Below are positions 37,545 to 50,338 of a stretch of DNA of 64,000 bases, piece after piece. Location of the stretch: contig OX597819.1 in NCBI GenBank assembly GCA_951406725.2, positions 55,738,001 through 55,802,000 of the forward strand. Reading direction: 5' to 3'. The DNA is from Octopus vulgaris (Eukaryota). The position numbers were made by a program, and so were the translations under genes. Positions within the stretch are counted from its first letter, which is position 1; the number at the start of each line of letters is the position of its first letter. Under the pieces are notes generated by a model. The model made no database searches. It was not told the DNA's origin and saw only the letters and a program-made list of their open reading frames with translations.

Positions 37545-39240
37545 TGTGTGTGTGTGTATGCCTGTATATGTGTTTGTGTATCAATGAGTGTGTGTGTGTT
37601 GTGTGAGTATGCATCTGTGAGTATATGCGAGCATGTGTGTCTGTCTATGTGGTGTGTCTGTGTGTATTTGTGTGTGTATATCTATGAGTGTGTGTTGTGT
37701 GAGTGTGCATCTGTGAGTTTATGCGAGCATGTGTGCCTGTGTATGTGTGTGTGTATCTATGAGTGTGTGTGTGCGCGTGTGTTGTGTGTGTATCTATGAG
37801 TGTGTGTGCGCGCGTGTGTGTGCGCGCGCGTGTGTTGTGTGTGTGTGTGTGTCTGTCTCTGTCTATGTGTGTGCGCATCTATGAGTGTATGTATGCATGT
37901 GTCAGTGTGTATGTGTGTGTGTATCTATTAGTGTGTGCGTGTGTGTGTATGTGTGTGCGCATCTATTAGTGTATGTATGCATGTGTGTGTATGTGTGTGT
38001 ATCTGAGTGTGTGCGTGTGTTGTGTATGTGTGTCTGTGTGTGTGCATCTATGAGTGTATGTGTGTGGGTGTTGTGTGTGTGTGTGTGTGTGTTTGTCTCC
38101 GTGTCTGTGTATGCGTGTGCTCATCTATGAGTGTATGTATGCATGTATGCCTGTGAGTGTATGTATGCGTGAATGAGTGTGTGTGTGTGTCTGTATGTGT
38201 GTGCATCTATGAGTATATGTATGTGTGTGTATATCTGTGAGTGTATGTATGTATGTATGTATGTATGTGCATGTGTGTTGTGTGTGGGGGGGGGGAGTGT
38301 GAGTATGTGTGTGTAAGATTTACCCCCCCAAAGAATCATTTGATTTATTCTTCCCTGTCCCCTTGTTATTGTGTCTTGGCAAACTTCAGCAGAAAGTTAT
38401 CAGCTTCTTGGCTAGAATGTCTCAAGTTTGTATCGTTTTACGTATTAAGGTATTAGACTCCGTTGTTCAGTTCCCTTGGCAACAAAAGGAGTAGAATGGT
38501 GATTGTAATAATGGTGGTGGTGGGGTGTTTGCAGTGTTGGAATCGTGGTTGCAGTGGTGAGGATGTGATAGTGTTTGAGTGGTAGTATAATAATGGTTGC
38601 ATTAGTGTGTTGGTGCTTGCAGAGATATAGTAGTATTTGTAGTGGTGATTGTAGTTGTAGTAGTGGTGGTGGTGGTGGTGGTGGTGCTTGCAGAGATATA
38701 GTAGTATTTGTAGTGGTGGTTGTAGATGTGTAGTAGTTTTTGTAGTGATGATCATAGTTGTAGTGGTGGTTGTGGTGGTAGTTGTAGATTTGTAGTAGTT
38801 TTTGTAGTGGTGGTGGTGATGGTGGTTGTAGATGTGTAGTAGTTTTTATAGTCTTGGTGGTGATGGTGGTTGTAGTGGTGGGGTTGCAGATGTGTAGTAG
38901 TTTTTGTATTGGTGGTCGTAGTAGTAGAGGTATAGTGGTATTTGTAATGTTGTAATGGTGGTTGTAGTGGTGATAGTGGTTGTAGAGGTGGTAATTGTAA
39001 TGATATGGTGATGGCTGTAGTAGTAAGGTGGTGTGATGTAGTAGTAAGGTGGTGTGGAACTGGTTGTGGTAGCACGGTGGTAGCTGTAATTCTGTTATGG
39101 TTGTAGTTGATATGATATAAGTTGTAGTGGTACTGGGATGTGATAGTAGCTGGGATTTTATAAAATGCGACAGTAGTGGTGTGGTATATGTGGTAGTGTA
39201 ATAATGGCTACGAGCATAGAGGAGGTGGTGCAATGGTGAC
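37545..39240. repeat. Low-complexity (TG)n-rich then (GTA/GTG)n-rich tracts in the last retinochrome intron
   Basis: Direct reading. Other such tracts at 34770-35140 and 46990-47312. Confidence 0.9.
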
Positions 39241-39807
39241 TAAAGAATCATTATCATCAACATCGTTATTAGCATCTGCATCATCATCATCGTTGTTATC
39301 ACCACCATCATCATCATCATTATAAACACCTGGGACAAGAGTTCGATTATGTGATTGTTCATTTTTAGAATGACATTGTAGGGTAAATGTGATGTATCAA
39401 TGTTGGTCTGAACACAAAACAGGTTGAATATTTGGACTTGATATGGCCATTTTAAATGTAAAATGCTCTTGAGAAATGCATCATCATTATCATCATATCC
39501 ACCACCACCACCACCACCACCATCATCATCATTTAACATTTGTTTTTCCCATGCTGGTATGGGTTGGACGGACAATTTAACTGGAACTGGCCGGCTGGAG
39601 AGCTGCCCAGGCTGCAATTGTCTGTTTTGGCATGATTTCTATGGCTGGATGCCCTTCCTAATGTTAACCACTGTACAGAGTATACGGGGTGCTTTTATGC
39701 GGCACCAGCATAGGCATAAACACTGTAATTTACCTTATTCCTATGAATTTGATATATATATCAATGTAATTCTTAAAAGATTCTTGCATTTTTCTCTATC
39801 TTTTCAG

Positions 39808-40023
39808 ATGGCAACCATATTTATTCCTATTGCACTTGTCTCATGGTCTGGATTTGCTTATGTTTCCATCTATTCAGCAATAACTGATGGAGGAACCACT
39901 CTTTCTCATTTGTCTGTTACCATGGCCCCTCTCCTGTCCAAATCTGGAGTCATCCTGTACCCACTGATCATCTTGGTGGCTGGTATCCGCAGCATTCCTA
40001 AAGCAGAATCCAAGAAGCCTTAA
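39808..40023 (+). CDS. Retinochrome last coding exon (TM6-TM7, Schiff-base Lys)
   Basis: ttttcag acceptor, phase 0. MATIFIPIALVSWSGFAYVSIYSAITDGGTTLSHLSVTMAPLLSKSGVILYPLIILVAGIRSIPKAESKKP*. Retinal-binding Lys codon at 39940-39942; NPxxY replaced by YPLII, as expected for retinochrome-type opsins. Confidence 0.95.
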   Translation: MATIFIPIALVSWSGFAYVSIYSAITDGGTTLSHLSVTMAPLLSKSGVILYPLIILVAGIRSIPKAESKKP

Positions 40024-40457
40024 TTGATTTGAGAAACCATTGGCTCACTGCATATGGTGCAGCTGAGAGAGAATGAATGCATATTTGCATATTTACATAC
40101 AAAAACAGATATACGTATATAGAAACATATAAATATAATTATAGTCACAAACCAAGACACATGGAATTCACAGAAACCTACATACGGACATGAAATTGTA
40201 TTCATGAACACAATACACGCATATATGCTTAGATACAGACACAGATTTGTTTATTAAATGTATATGTGTTGAAGGAGTCTTTAAAAAAAAACAATATTAG
40301 ATTTATTCCTATGTTAAATTATGTCCTTTGGTATCTTTTAAATGTAAATTTGTGTTTATGTTGTATCAATGCAAATTTAACATGCATGTTACAAAATCAT
40401 ACATACATACATACTTACCTACATACATACATACGCATATATATATATAATTATATA

Positions 40458-40643
40458 CTTTATTTAAAGCAGCAGAAAATTCAACAAAACCTGTTACTCT
40501 GAGTTTCGCGTTGCCATTCATCGGACAGTTTTTGCTAGAATAGAACCGATATCGGTTCTATTCTAGCAAAAACTGTCCGATGAATGGCAACGCGAAACTC
40601 AGAGTAACAGGTTTTGTTGAATTTTCTGCTGCTTTAAATAAAG
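40458..40643. repeat. Perfect 186-bp palindrome, 435 bp after the retinochrome stop codon
   Basis: 93-bp arms with no mismatch, centre ccgat|atcgg at 40550/40551. AATAAA at 40637-40642. Confidence 0.97.
40568..40615 (+). ncRNA. Candidate minimal type-I hammerhead ribozyme, U4C variant (mirror copy on - strand)
   Basis: AAAACUGU-CCGAUGA-AUG(GCAA)CGC-GAAA-CUCAGAG-UA-ACAGGUUUU. GUA cleavage triplet ends at 40606; near-palindromic stem III; weak stem II with a GNRA loop. Confidence 0.6.
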
Positions 40644-41110
40644 CATATTACTCTACCACTGGTATTTGAGTACTCTTTTTTCCACCTTGTTTCACTTATA
40701 CAATTATACATGTGTGCACACACACACACACACACATACACACATGCACACACAATCTCTCACACATGCAATTACATACATATACAAATTATATATATGT
40801 ACAGCACATGTGTATAGACCATCTAGTTGATGTTGTCGAAATTCCAACGAATGAGATTTGTTTCTGGGCTGAAGACTGACTTTTTCTCTGTTGGAGAGAA
40901 ACTCGAAAAGTATAACCAAAAGAAACACATATACATATACACACAAATGCATATACACACACGTACACACACACATACATACATACTGAAACAGTGGTTT
41001 GTGGATAATCTATGAATAAGCTTGCCTCTGTATGTTTAATAATCACACATTGAGCATCGTTGGAATTACTCAGTGAAGCTGAATGTCTGTTTGTCAAACA
41101 TACATGTGAA

Positions 41111-41147
<37 letters not shown>

Positions 41148-41205
41148 ACACACATATACTTACACATGCTCAGACACACATACATATGCATATACATATA
41201 CATAC

Positions 41206-41243
<38 letters not shown>

Positions 41244-42035
41244 TCATATACACACACACATATGTATGTAATACTCACTCATCAGTTCAATTATAGGATG
41301 TATAGTGAGTGAACACCTAGTGTGCTGGCTAACCAATCTGCAGGTCTTATGTTCAAACCATGCCTGAGGCATTGTGGTTTTTTTTAAAATCTAGGCACTT
41401 TATTTTGCTTCTCTCAGTATACGTATCTGAGAGTCTGGCATTAGAAAGGCAATTCAACTTTAAAAAACAAAAAGAAAAAAACTCACCCCAACATGAAAAG
41501 CAAAAACAAAACAGAAACAAAAATAAAATCTCATGGTAAAATTTTTCTCAAAATTAATAATTAACATGTATAAAAGGAAAAAAATAATGGAGGCTATCTT
41601 TCTTGTTTTCCCCTATTTTTAAAGAAAAGGAGGGAAAATGAGAAAAATAAAATACTCTCCCACTTCTTCAGAGAAAAAAATCTTTTTTTGAAGATTTGCT
41701 TACTGGAGCAGCCTCCATCAATTCGTTGATCCACCAAACTATAATATGTTACATACACTGAAACAAAGCCCACCCTCTGAAAAAAAAAACTACCCGTCAA
41801 AAAATATTGCCTCCCCCTCCCCTTTCCAACATGAAACACATGGAACATACATTCTGCTCTGAAAGTAGTGTTCCTTGGCATGGTCTTGGCTTTGTCGGAC
41901 TTTCGCATTGAGAAGATGTCTGTATTTCGGCCGTATGAATATAAGGGATGAAACTTTAGATTCACAAAGAAAAGATGAGGAGTTGAAACAAAAAAAAATA
42001 ACATCTCTGACAACCTGATATATATATATATACCC

Positions 42036-42066
<31 letters not shown>

Positions 42067-42077
42067 TATATATATAC

Positions 42078-42124
<47 letters not shown>

Positions 42125-44349
42125 AAGAAATGAGATGGCAACAGCAACAACATTTTTACTATGATTATTAATAAAGATATAAAGATCATATTAACAAACA
42201 CACCACCACCATCGCTATCACCACCACTTTTTAAAATTATTATGACATCGACAGCATTAATTTGGATGATCAGCAATGACATTTTCGCTTTGCTTTTACG
42301 ATGCTTTTTAATGTAGAAAATATATGAAAAATGGTAACAACAGTGAAAAGGAAAAGCAATAGTAAGAATAATGTGATATCTTGTCATATCCACAATGACT
42401 GCAATGATGATGACCACCACCATCAACAATAATAATGTGCCAAAGAGGGATGCCTCTACACAGTTGCTCAATCTGCTTAGAATAGCAGCCAAATCTTCCC
42501 TCAAATCAGCCTTCACTGCCCGCTGTCTTAATATTGCAAGAACCCATTTGATAAAATAGTCCTAGATTTTTCCCTACCTAAACAGACAGTTTGGTCAAGG
42601 CTTGCATGCCTTTGAGTATAAGTCTGTGTCAACCAGGGACAACTTGGGACTAAACAACAACAATAACAACAACTATAACAACACTACCAACAATAAAAAT
42701 CATCTATAACACAGTATGTATCATCAGATATACTCATATATCACTGTAAGCATTAACAATGACACATATAAAACCATTATACCATCACCTCAGACTTGTC
42801 ACAAACATCAAACCAATACATCCATTCAAATATATAGTGTTCTACTCTAGGCACAAAGCCCAAAATTTTGGGGGATGGGGGCCAGTCGATTAGATCAACC
42901 CCAGTATGCAACTGGTACTTAATTTATTGACCCTGAAAGGATGAAAAGCAAAGTTGTCCTTGGTGGAATTTGAACTCAGAATGTAAAAACAGAATGTAAA
43001 GCATTTCGCCCAGCATGTTAACGTTTCTGCTAGCTCGGCGCCTTGATGCATTCAAATATATAGCCAAAAGAATCTGTTGGTTAAAAAAGATCCAAATGAT
43101 ATATACAAATAAATCATAATATAATATGTATAAACAAGGTGAGGGTGAACTGGCAAAATTGTTTGTAGGCTGGCCAGACTACTGAGTGGCATTTTGTCTG
43201 TCTTTACATTCTGAGTTCAAATTCCACTGAGGTCAACTTTTCCTATCATCATTTCAGGGTCGATGAAATAAGTACCAGTTGAGAACTGGGGTCAATGTTA
43301 TTGACTAAACACCCCCACCACAATAATTGGCTTCGTGCCAAAATATGAAACCAATATAGTATGTGTGTATGTATATATATATATATGTATGTATATATAT
43401 ATATATATATATATATACTTACACACATATTTATGAATATATACAAATAAATCATACAATATACACATATATATAACATATACATATCTGTGTGTGTGTG
43501 TATGTGTGTGTGTATGAAATCCAATCTTTCGCAAATACATTTTTGGCTTTTAGCATTATGTTTTTCGTAAAACTGAATCTAAATGATTAAAATATATTGA
43601 CTCCTGAAGACTCCTCTTCTCAAAAAATACAGCAACAACATCAACAACAACAACAACAACGACAATAATAATAACAATAATAATAATAATGATAATAATA
43701 ATAACTGTTTCTTACATAGACCTATAGCTATAAATCTGGTGGAAGGAGTTAGTTGATCATATCAAACCCAGTATTTGATGAATACATTTTCTATTTATTT
43801 TATTGACCCCTTCCACCTCCACCGAAGGGTGGAAGGTAGAGTTGACTTCAGTAAGATTTGAACTTAAAACATAAACAGCTGAAACAAATTTTGAGAGTTG
43901 GTAATAAAAAGGAAATATGTTTGGTTGATATAATTATTCGAATTATTATTCAAGTCCAGCTGTGATTGACTTTACCATTCATCTTGCAGATTTGATGAAA
44001 TCAGTACTTGTCAGGTACTTGGCTTTATATAATCAACCATACCAGCTTCTCCTTAAAGTTTCTTGTCTTACGCCTATGTGAGAAATCTTTCTATTCATCT
44101 GATGTCCCTGGTGAGCTAGCAGAGTCGTTAGCACGCTGGGTGAAATGCCTAGAGGTATTTCGTCTGTCACTACGTTCTGAGTTCAAATTCTGCCAAGGTC
44201 GACTTTGCCTTTCATCCTTTTGGGGTTCATTAAATAAGTACCAGTTGAACACTGGGGTTGATGTAATTGACTCGCCCCTCCCCAAATTGCTGCCCTTGTG
44301 GCAAAATTTGAAGCTATTATTATTATTATTATTATTATTATTGGCCTGG

Positions 44350-45128
44350 CAGTGCTACAGGGGAGGGGGTTTTGCCTGTTTGGGATAAACTTTCCAAGCA
44401 TGGTCATGGAACCATCGGCAAATGAACCTGTCCGAGATGCATCCAGGGTGATGAAACTACCAGGCACACACTTGTTCAGTGTCTATGTAATGCTAATTTG
44501 TAGATTTAAGTTGAACAGATGTTATCATATTTGTGACAGATTAGTCAAGTCAATCAAGTAGACTGACCTACCACCTTTCTTTGGCTAAGAAGGGTGGGTA
44601 GTCTTTCTTTTGTCTAGTGGCTATGGCAAAAAAATTGTGTGGTGGATATTGTTGAAAGGTTTGAGGAGTGAGTTTTTCCTCTCAGGTCAAGCCCTCATCA
44701 ACTTTGTCCACTACAACTTGAAGAGGAAGATGCGTGTAGCAGAGGAGGTGTTGCTCTCCAGTAAAGTTTAGGAAAGGTGGACGAAAGTGACAAAAATTGG
44801 CCTGATTAATTGGTCCTGCATTAACTATACAGCTATAGGTTGGTAGCAAGAATTGCGAGAAGGCACTTGCCTTTAGTGCAACCAGGTAATTTGGGACTGT
44901 GTGTGTGATGTCTCATATTACCCAATGTGGTTGCTCCCCTATTTAGGGGATACTTTCTTATTCTTATTTTGTTCTAAACTGTTATTGCTATTTATTAATA
45001 ATGTCATTGTTTTGTTGATCTCACCCTTTCACTTGATGTAAATCCCTTCAACTGTTTCTTGTTTTCTTTTTTTTCTTTTGCCTTTGTACTGTCCCCAATG
45101 TTCTGGGCCCTTGTGGCCAATAAAAAGA
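44350..45128 (+). mobile_element. L1/Tx1-like LINE 3' fragment
   Basis: CPRCIQGDETTRHTLVQC (CCHC zinc knuckle), then VAMAKKIVWW..., a T-rich 3'UTR and AATAAA at ~45119. Confidence 0.7.
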
Positions 45129-46666
45129 GGCCTTGTACCTATTTAAGAAATTATTTTTATTATTATCCTTATTATTGATATCATTGTTTTACATCCATTT
45201 TTTTCCATGGCTTGGACAAGTCTTTTCCAGCAGTATATCACTGCATGTTTACAGTTTCTTGCAATCTCCATAACATTTGATATTCTGAGATTAATTTGAT
45301 GCACTTCTTTCCATATCTCTCTCTCCCACAGGTTCCTTTCTGGTAGATCACTTGCAACTACAGCAGTGATTAATGTGACAAGTCTAGAATCAAGCATACT
45401 CAGGGCTTGTCACTCATGACTTTGGTATAAGTATCATGGCTCATCTGAATAAATACAAGAACTTGGAACATACCACTAGATCTGTAAGATATGTATTATA
45501 AGAAGTTAAAATAGGGAAGAGAGAGAGAGAGAGCACTTTTATCTTCATTTGAATGCTGTTAAATTAAAGTAAATGGCAAAGCACCAATAGTGGATACTTT
45601 AATCATTTCTAGACCAACCTGCTTGAGACCACCTGTAATAAAGTACTCATATTTAAAGTAAAATCTCATAATAGAAATAGTTTTAAGTTTCAGTTGGTCA
45701 ACACCAGTATAATATTCTTCTTTGAGTGGCCACAACCGAGATGTACTTCACCACACTGGGAATCTCTGTTCCATTCCCTTTGATAAGTTATTCATTTCAT
45801 GTTGTGTATCACTGTCAACATAATTGTAGTTGAATAGTTTTTGCTCTGTACTAAGGTGCAGATGTCTCCAAAATATAACATCAGATATTTGTCATGATAG
45901 CCATAATCAATAGACACTCTCTTGTGTTGTACAACAATAAGCAAAGATGGATGGAATGTGTCCTCTACGATCCTGTGCCCTCATGAGAAGCTAAGTACAC
46001 ATATCAACGTGATCTTGATACTGCTTCATTGTCCAGGTCCCCCCACCTTGAAAAAAAATGCTCTCTACACTTGCTGGATTTGAAATATTTGCCATTATCT
46101 AAATTTATTGGTATCTTTAAGCTTTATTTAACATACACTTGTTTTTGGAAGCTGATTGGTGCTTTTTGTACAAACTGATTGACTCACTTCCTTGGTATTA
46201 GCAGTAAAAAAATACAATATGATGTCTGTTATATGCTCCTGTACACCCCAGTCATGCATATTAAGAGTAGGGTAAGCAAGGTGGTATAGCAGAAGCACCA
46301 GTCCAGGTGCATAGACTGGCGAACTTGGTACATCAATGGACAAAACGGTTTGAGATATTTGTTGTTAGTTCTTTATTTTTCTTAGTACCCAGGTGAGTAC
46401 TAAATTTGTCTGTATCTAACTGAAAAGATTTTATCCTGTAAAACTTTCCTGAAAGATGGTAACTGGAACCATCATTGTATTCTCTCATGGCTGTTGCATG
46501 GTAAGCACATAGTGCTTGTCAAAGAAGTTCCTAAGGATCGTTCATCAATTCTTCCCTTCAATCTATCCTGAATTCAAATCATGCTAGGGGTTTGGCCAAA
46601 ATTAAATACCAGTAATATAAATTACAATCAACTATTATTTCTATGCCATGAAATTTGACCTAGAAC

Positions 46667-46719
<53 letters not shown>

Positions 46720-47042
46720 TTTTGAGAACTGCAGAGTAATGTCCTAACAAGCAAAATATATAATCTGGTTTTGATCCTCAGTTATAGCTATCTCACTTTA
46801 CTTAAATTGCTAATCCTTTAATCCAAGGCCTACTTAAACAAGCAATATTGATTAATGACCTTGAGAAAAGTCTGTATGTCACACAAGGTCACATCCTCTA
46901 TAGAAAGCAGGCTTCACAGAGGAGAGGTCTTCAGTTTGTGCTTAAAAATAAAAAAAAAAAATCAATTTCTGAGATAATATTTTTAAGACTATACATACAT
47001 ACATATATATATATATGTATATAAATATATGTATGTATATAT

Positions 47043-47074
<32 letters not shown>

Positions 47075-47160
47075 GCTTGTATATATATATGTATGTATGT
47101 ATGTGTATTTATATATATATATACATACATATATATATGCTTGTATATATATATATGTAT

Positions 47161-47199
<39 letters not shown>

Positions 47200-47241
47200 C
47201 ATACATATATGTGCTTGTATATATATATATGTATGTATGTA

Positions 47242-47279
<38 letters not shown>

Positions 47280-48968
47280 CATACACACACACACATATGT
47301 ATATATATATATAAAACAGTAGGAAAATCCCCACAAATCAGATTTTGCTAAGTTGAATGTTGATAATCTGATTGTTGTATCACCCATAACTTTGATCTAC
47401 ATTTTATTTTACACTTTAAAAGTATCAAAAGAGCTGGATGAGTAAATGAGGTAGTTTTTTTTTACATAAGTGCTTCTCAAATGAAGCTCTGCAAGGGGTA
47501 TTTAGGTGCATCAATAAGTCTTTCAAATATAGATTAAGACAATAGAAAAGCCATACTAATTCATGAGTGCTTTTAAAAATATGTTGTAGTTTTCTTATAT
47601 TTAAGTATAATTAATGGTTTCTGACTTAAGCACAAGACCAGAGATTGTGAGGGGAATGGGTGTGTAGATACCATTAGCACCAGTACTTGACCAATACTTT
47701 ATTTTATTGATTCGGAAAGGATAATAGGCAAAGACAATCTTGGTAGGATTTGAACCCAGAACATAAGGATCTGGAAAAAAGAGCATAAAGTATTTTTTTT
47801 TTTCTAAGATGCTGTAATATCTCTGCTAAACCACAGCTTTCATATGTAAGTATGATTAATAAAAGAAGGTAAACAATTGTTATTGTTGTTGTTTCTAGGT
47901 TCAGTTCTACATGCCAACATATAAAATTTCATGAGGCTGTATTTGATACCCCTCTTGATGCAACAAAATATCAAAGGTGTGACAATTTGGCAGCAGAGAA
48001 AGCTGCAGCAGCACTTAGCTGGTACTTCTTTCAGCTGAGCTGACAGGAGCAACCTTGCTCAAGAGCACAACATATTGCCAGTTCAGGAATCAGACCCACG
48101 ACTTTGTGAACCTAACCAGTTGGCCTTGCATCTTCAATATTATTTCTTTACTGCCCACAAGAAGCTACACACAGGGGGAAAACAAGGACAGACAAACAGA
48201 TTAAGTCAATTATATCAACCCCAGTGCGTAACTGGTACTTATTTAATCAACCCCGAAAGGATGAAAGGCAAAGTCGACCTCGGCGGAATTTGAACTCAGA
48301 ACGTAGCAGCAGACAAAATACTGCTAAGCATTCCACCCAGCGTGCTAACGTTTCTGCCAGCTCACTGCCTTCAATATTGATGTCTTGCACAACTGAATAC
48401 TGAAGTGATGGTTACAGCAACTGCTTCAATCTTCTACCATACAAGAGAAAAATAGCTGTAGTGCACTGAGCCCTGTACACAATAAGCTCATTATTACAAA
48501 GGTTACTCTTTTAGTTGTTTCAGTCATTTGACTGTGGCCATGCTGGAGCACCACCTTTAGTCGAAGAAATCAACCCCAGGACTTATTCCTTGTAAGCCTA
48601 GTACTTATTCTATCGGTCTCTTTTGCCAAACCGCTAAGTTACGGGGACGTAAACATGCCAGCATTGGTTGTCAAGCGAAGCTGGGGGACAAATAGAATTT
48701 CAATGATAAAATGCTCTTCTTCTTACCAACTTTCACCTGTTTCCAAGCAAGGTATTATTTTCTGATGCTCTGGACAGGTTTTCGCAAAAGATTGCTAACA
48801 AATGATAGCATTTTTATGATGGTTGCAAACAGTGTTCAATGTCTGGATAAGGAGACATACATACACATAGTGTAAATGTAATCGTTAATAAAGTATGAAC
48901 AACACAAGAGGAGCAAAGTTTGACGAATATGGTGTTGGCTGAACACTTTAATGTCAAGAAAAAGTGCC

Positions 48969-49197
48969 TTAATTCTTTCGTTACTGTATTTAGTTTGAGA
49001 TGCTCTGTGTTTCTTTCAATTACTTTGAATATAACAAAAAATTTAGTAAAATAACTTAGTTATCATTCAGCTAGTATTAGGAACATAAATTGTGACTAAG
49101 GTTTGGTGGAAGATTTTGATTAAAAACTTATGAAAACAAAACATTTGTACTCAGAGCCAGAGCCGGTTTCAGCTGGGTTGGTAACGAAAGGGTTAAC
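48969..49197. mobile_element. piggyBac-type MITE (TTAA flanks)
   Basis: ttaattctttcgttac...gtaacgaaagggttaa. The same family occurs inverted at 54377-55028 (with an RTE-UTR insert); related elements at 26854-27530 and 55956-56185. Confidence 0.7.
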
Positions 49198-50300
49198 ATT
49201 TTGGATGTTAATCCTTTAACAGAAGTGAGACAGAAGAATTGAAAGAGTAAGAAAGACAAATAGTTGGGGCTATACTACAAGAAACTTATCAACGATGCTG
49301 TGGTTGTGAAGCAAATTTCTTAACCACATGGTGATGTTTGTACCTATCAGGGCAGGGTTTGGTCACAAATGGATGCTGAATCAGAGTTAACCAAGGGTTA
49401 AATAGCAACAGCTAGATTGCAAAGTTTGTCTCTACACGATGCCACTTATTACTAGCATGCAGTATCTTTCTCCTCACCTCATTTAGAAAGTAGTTGTTGT
49501 AACCTGACCATAAGGATTTAATTTACAATAACTGGTGAATGCTTTTTTCTGACATTGAAAGACTGCACTAATATCATGGAAGTAGATTAATTCTAAGCCT
49601 AATCTTTGTCTAATTTTACTAGATATTTCATCTCTGGTGACAGTTTGGTTTAACAGACATCACGTAAATTTTTACTTTAGCTAGCTGATGCATAAATCTA
49701 TTATTAGCTATTACTGATGTGCTAATTTGCCAACCTTAGATGATCAAGTACAGTACAAGAGGACATCCACACACAAAAAAAATTGACCTTTATTTGAGCA
49801 TTCAAAGGGTCATTTCAACTTTGATCTTATAAATTATCATTTTTGATAAGGTAAAAAGCCTACTTCTGTCAAATAAGGACACATTTATAAATTTCATAAT
49901 TAATCAACCTCTCTCTCTACTCTTTACTCTCTTTTACTTGTTTCAGTCATTTGACTGTGGCCATGCTGGAGCACTGCCTTTAGTCGAGCAAATCGACCCC
50001 AGGACTTATTCTATCGGTCTCTTTTACTGAACAACTAAGTTACGGGGATGTAAACACACCAGCATCAGTTGTCAAGCGGTGTTGGGGGGACAAATACAGA
50101 CACAAACATATACACATACATATATATATACATATATACTACAGGCTTCTTTCAGTTTCCGTCTACCAAATCCACTCACAAGGCTTTGGTCGGCCCGAGG
50201 CTATAGTAGAAGACACTTGCCCAAGGTGCCACGCAGTGGGACTGAACCCGGAACTATGTGGTTGGTAAGCAAGCTACTTACCACACGGCCACACCTACGC

Positions 50301-50338
<38 letters not shown>

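Noticed and set aside
38445-39233. 262-aa Thr/His/Pro-rich ORF (mucin-like)
   Set aside because: Antisense translation of a (GTA/GTG)n low-complexity intron tract.
40860-40926. Another hammerhead (CUGAAGA...hairpin...GAAA)
   Set aside because: The stem II junction and stems I and III do not pair cleanly. CTGATGA hits at ~53883 and ~55872 were dropped for the same reason.
46370-46398. Micro-exon or recursive site (cttag-tacccag-gtgagt)
   Set aside because: It is downstream of the retinochrome stop and no host + strand transcript can be identified.
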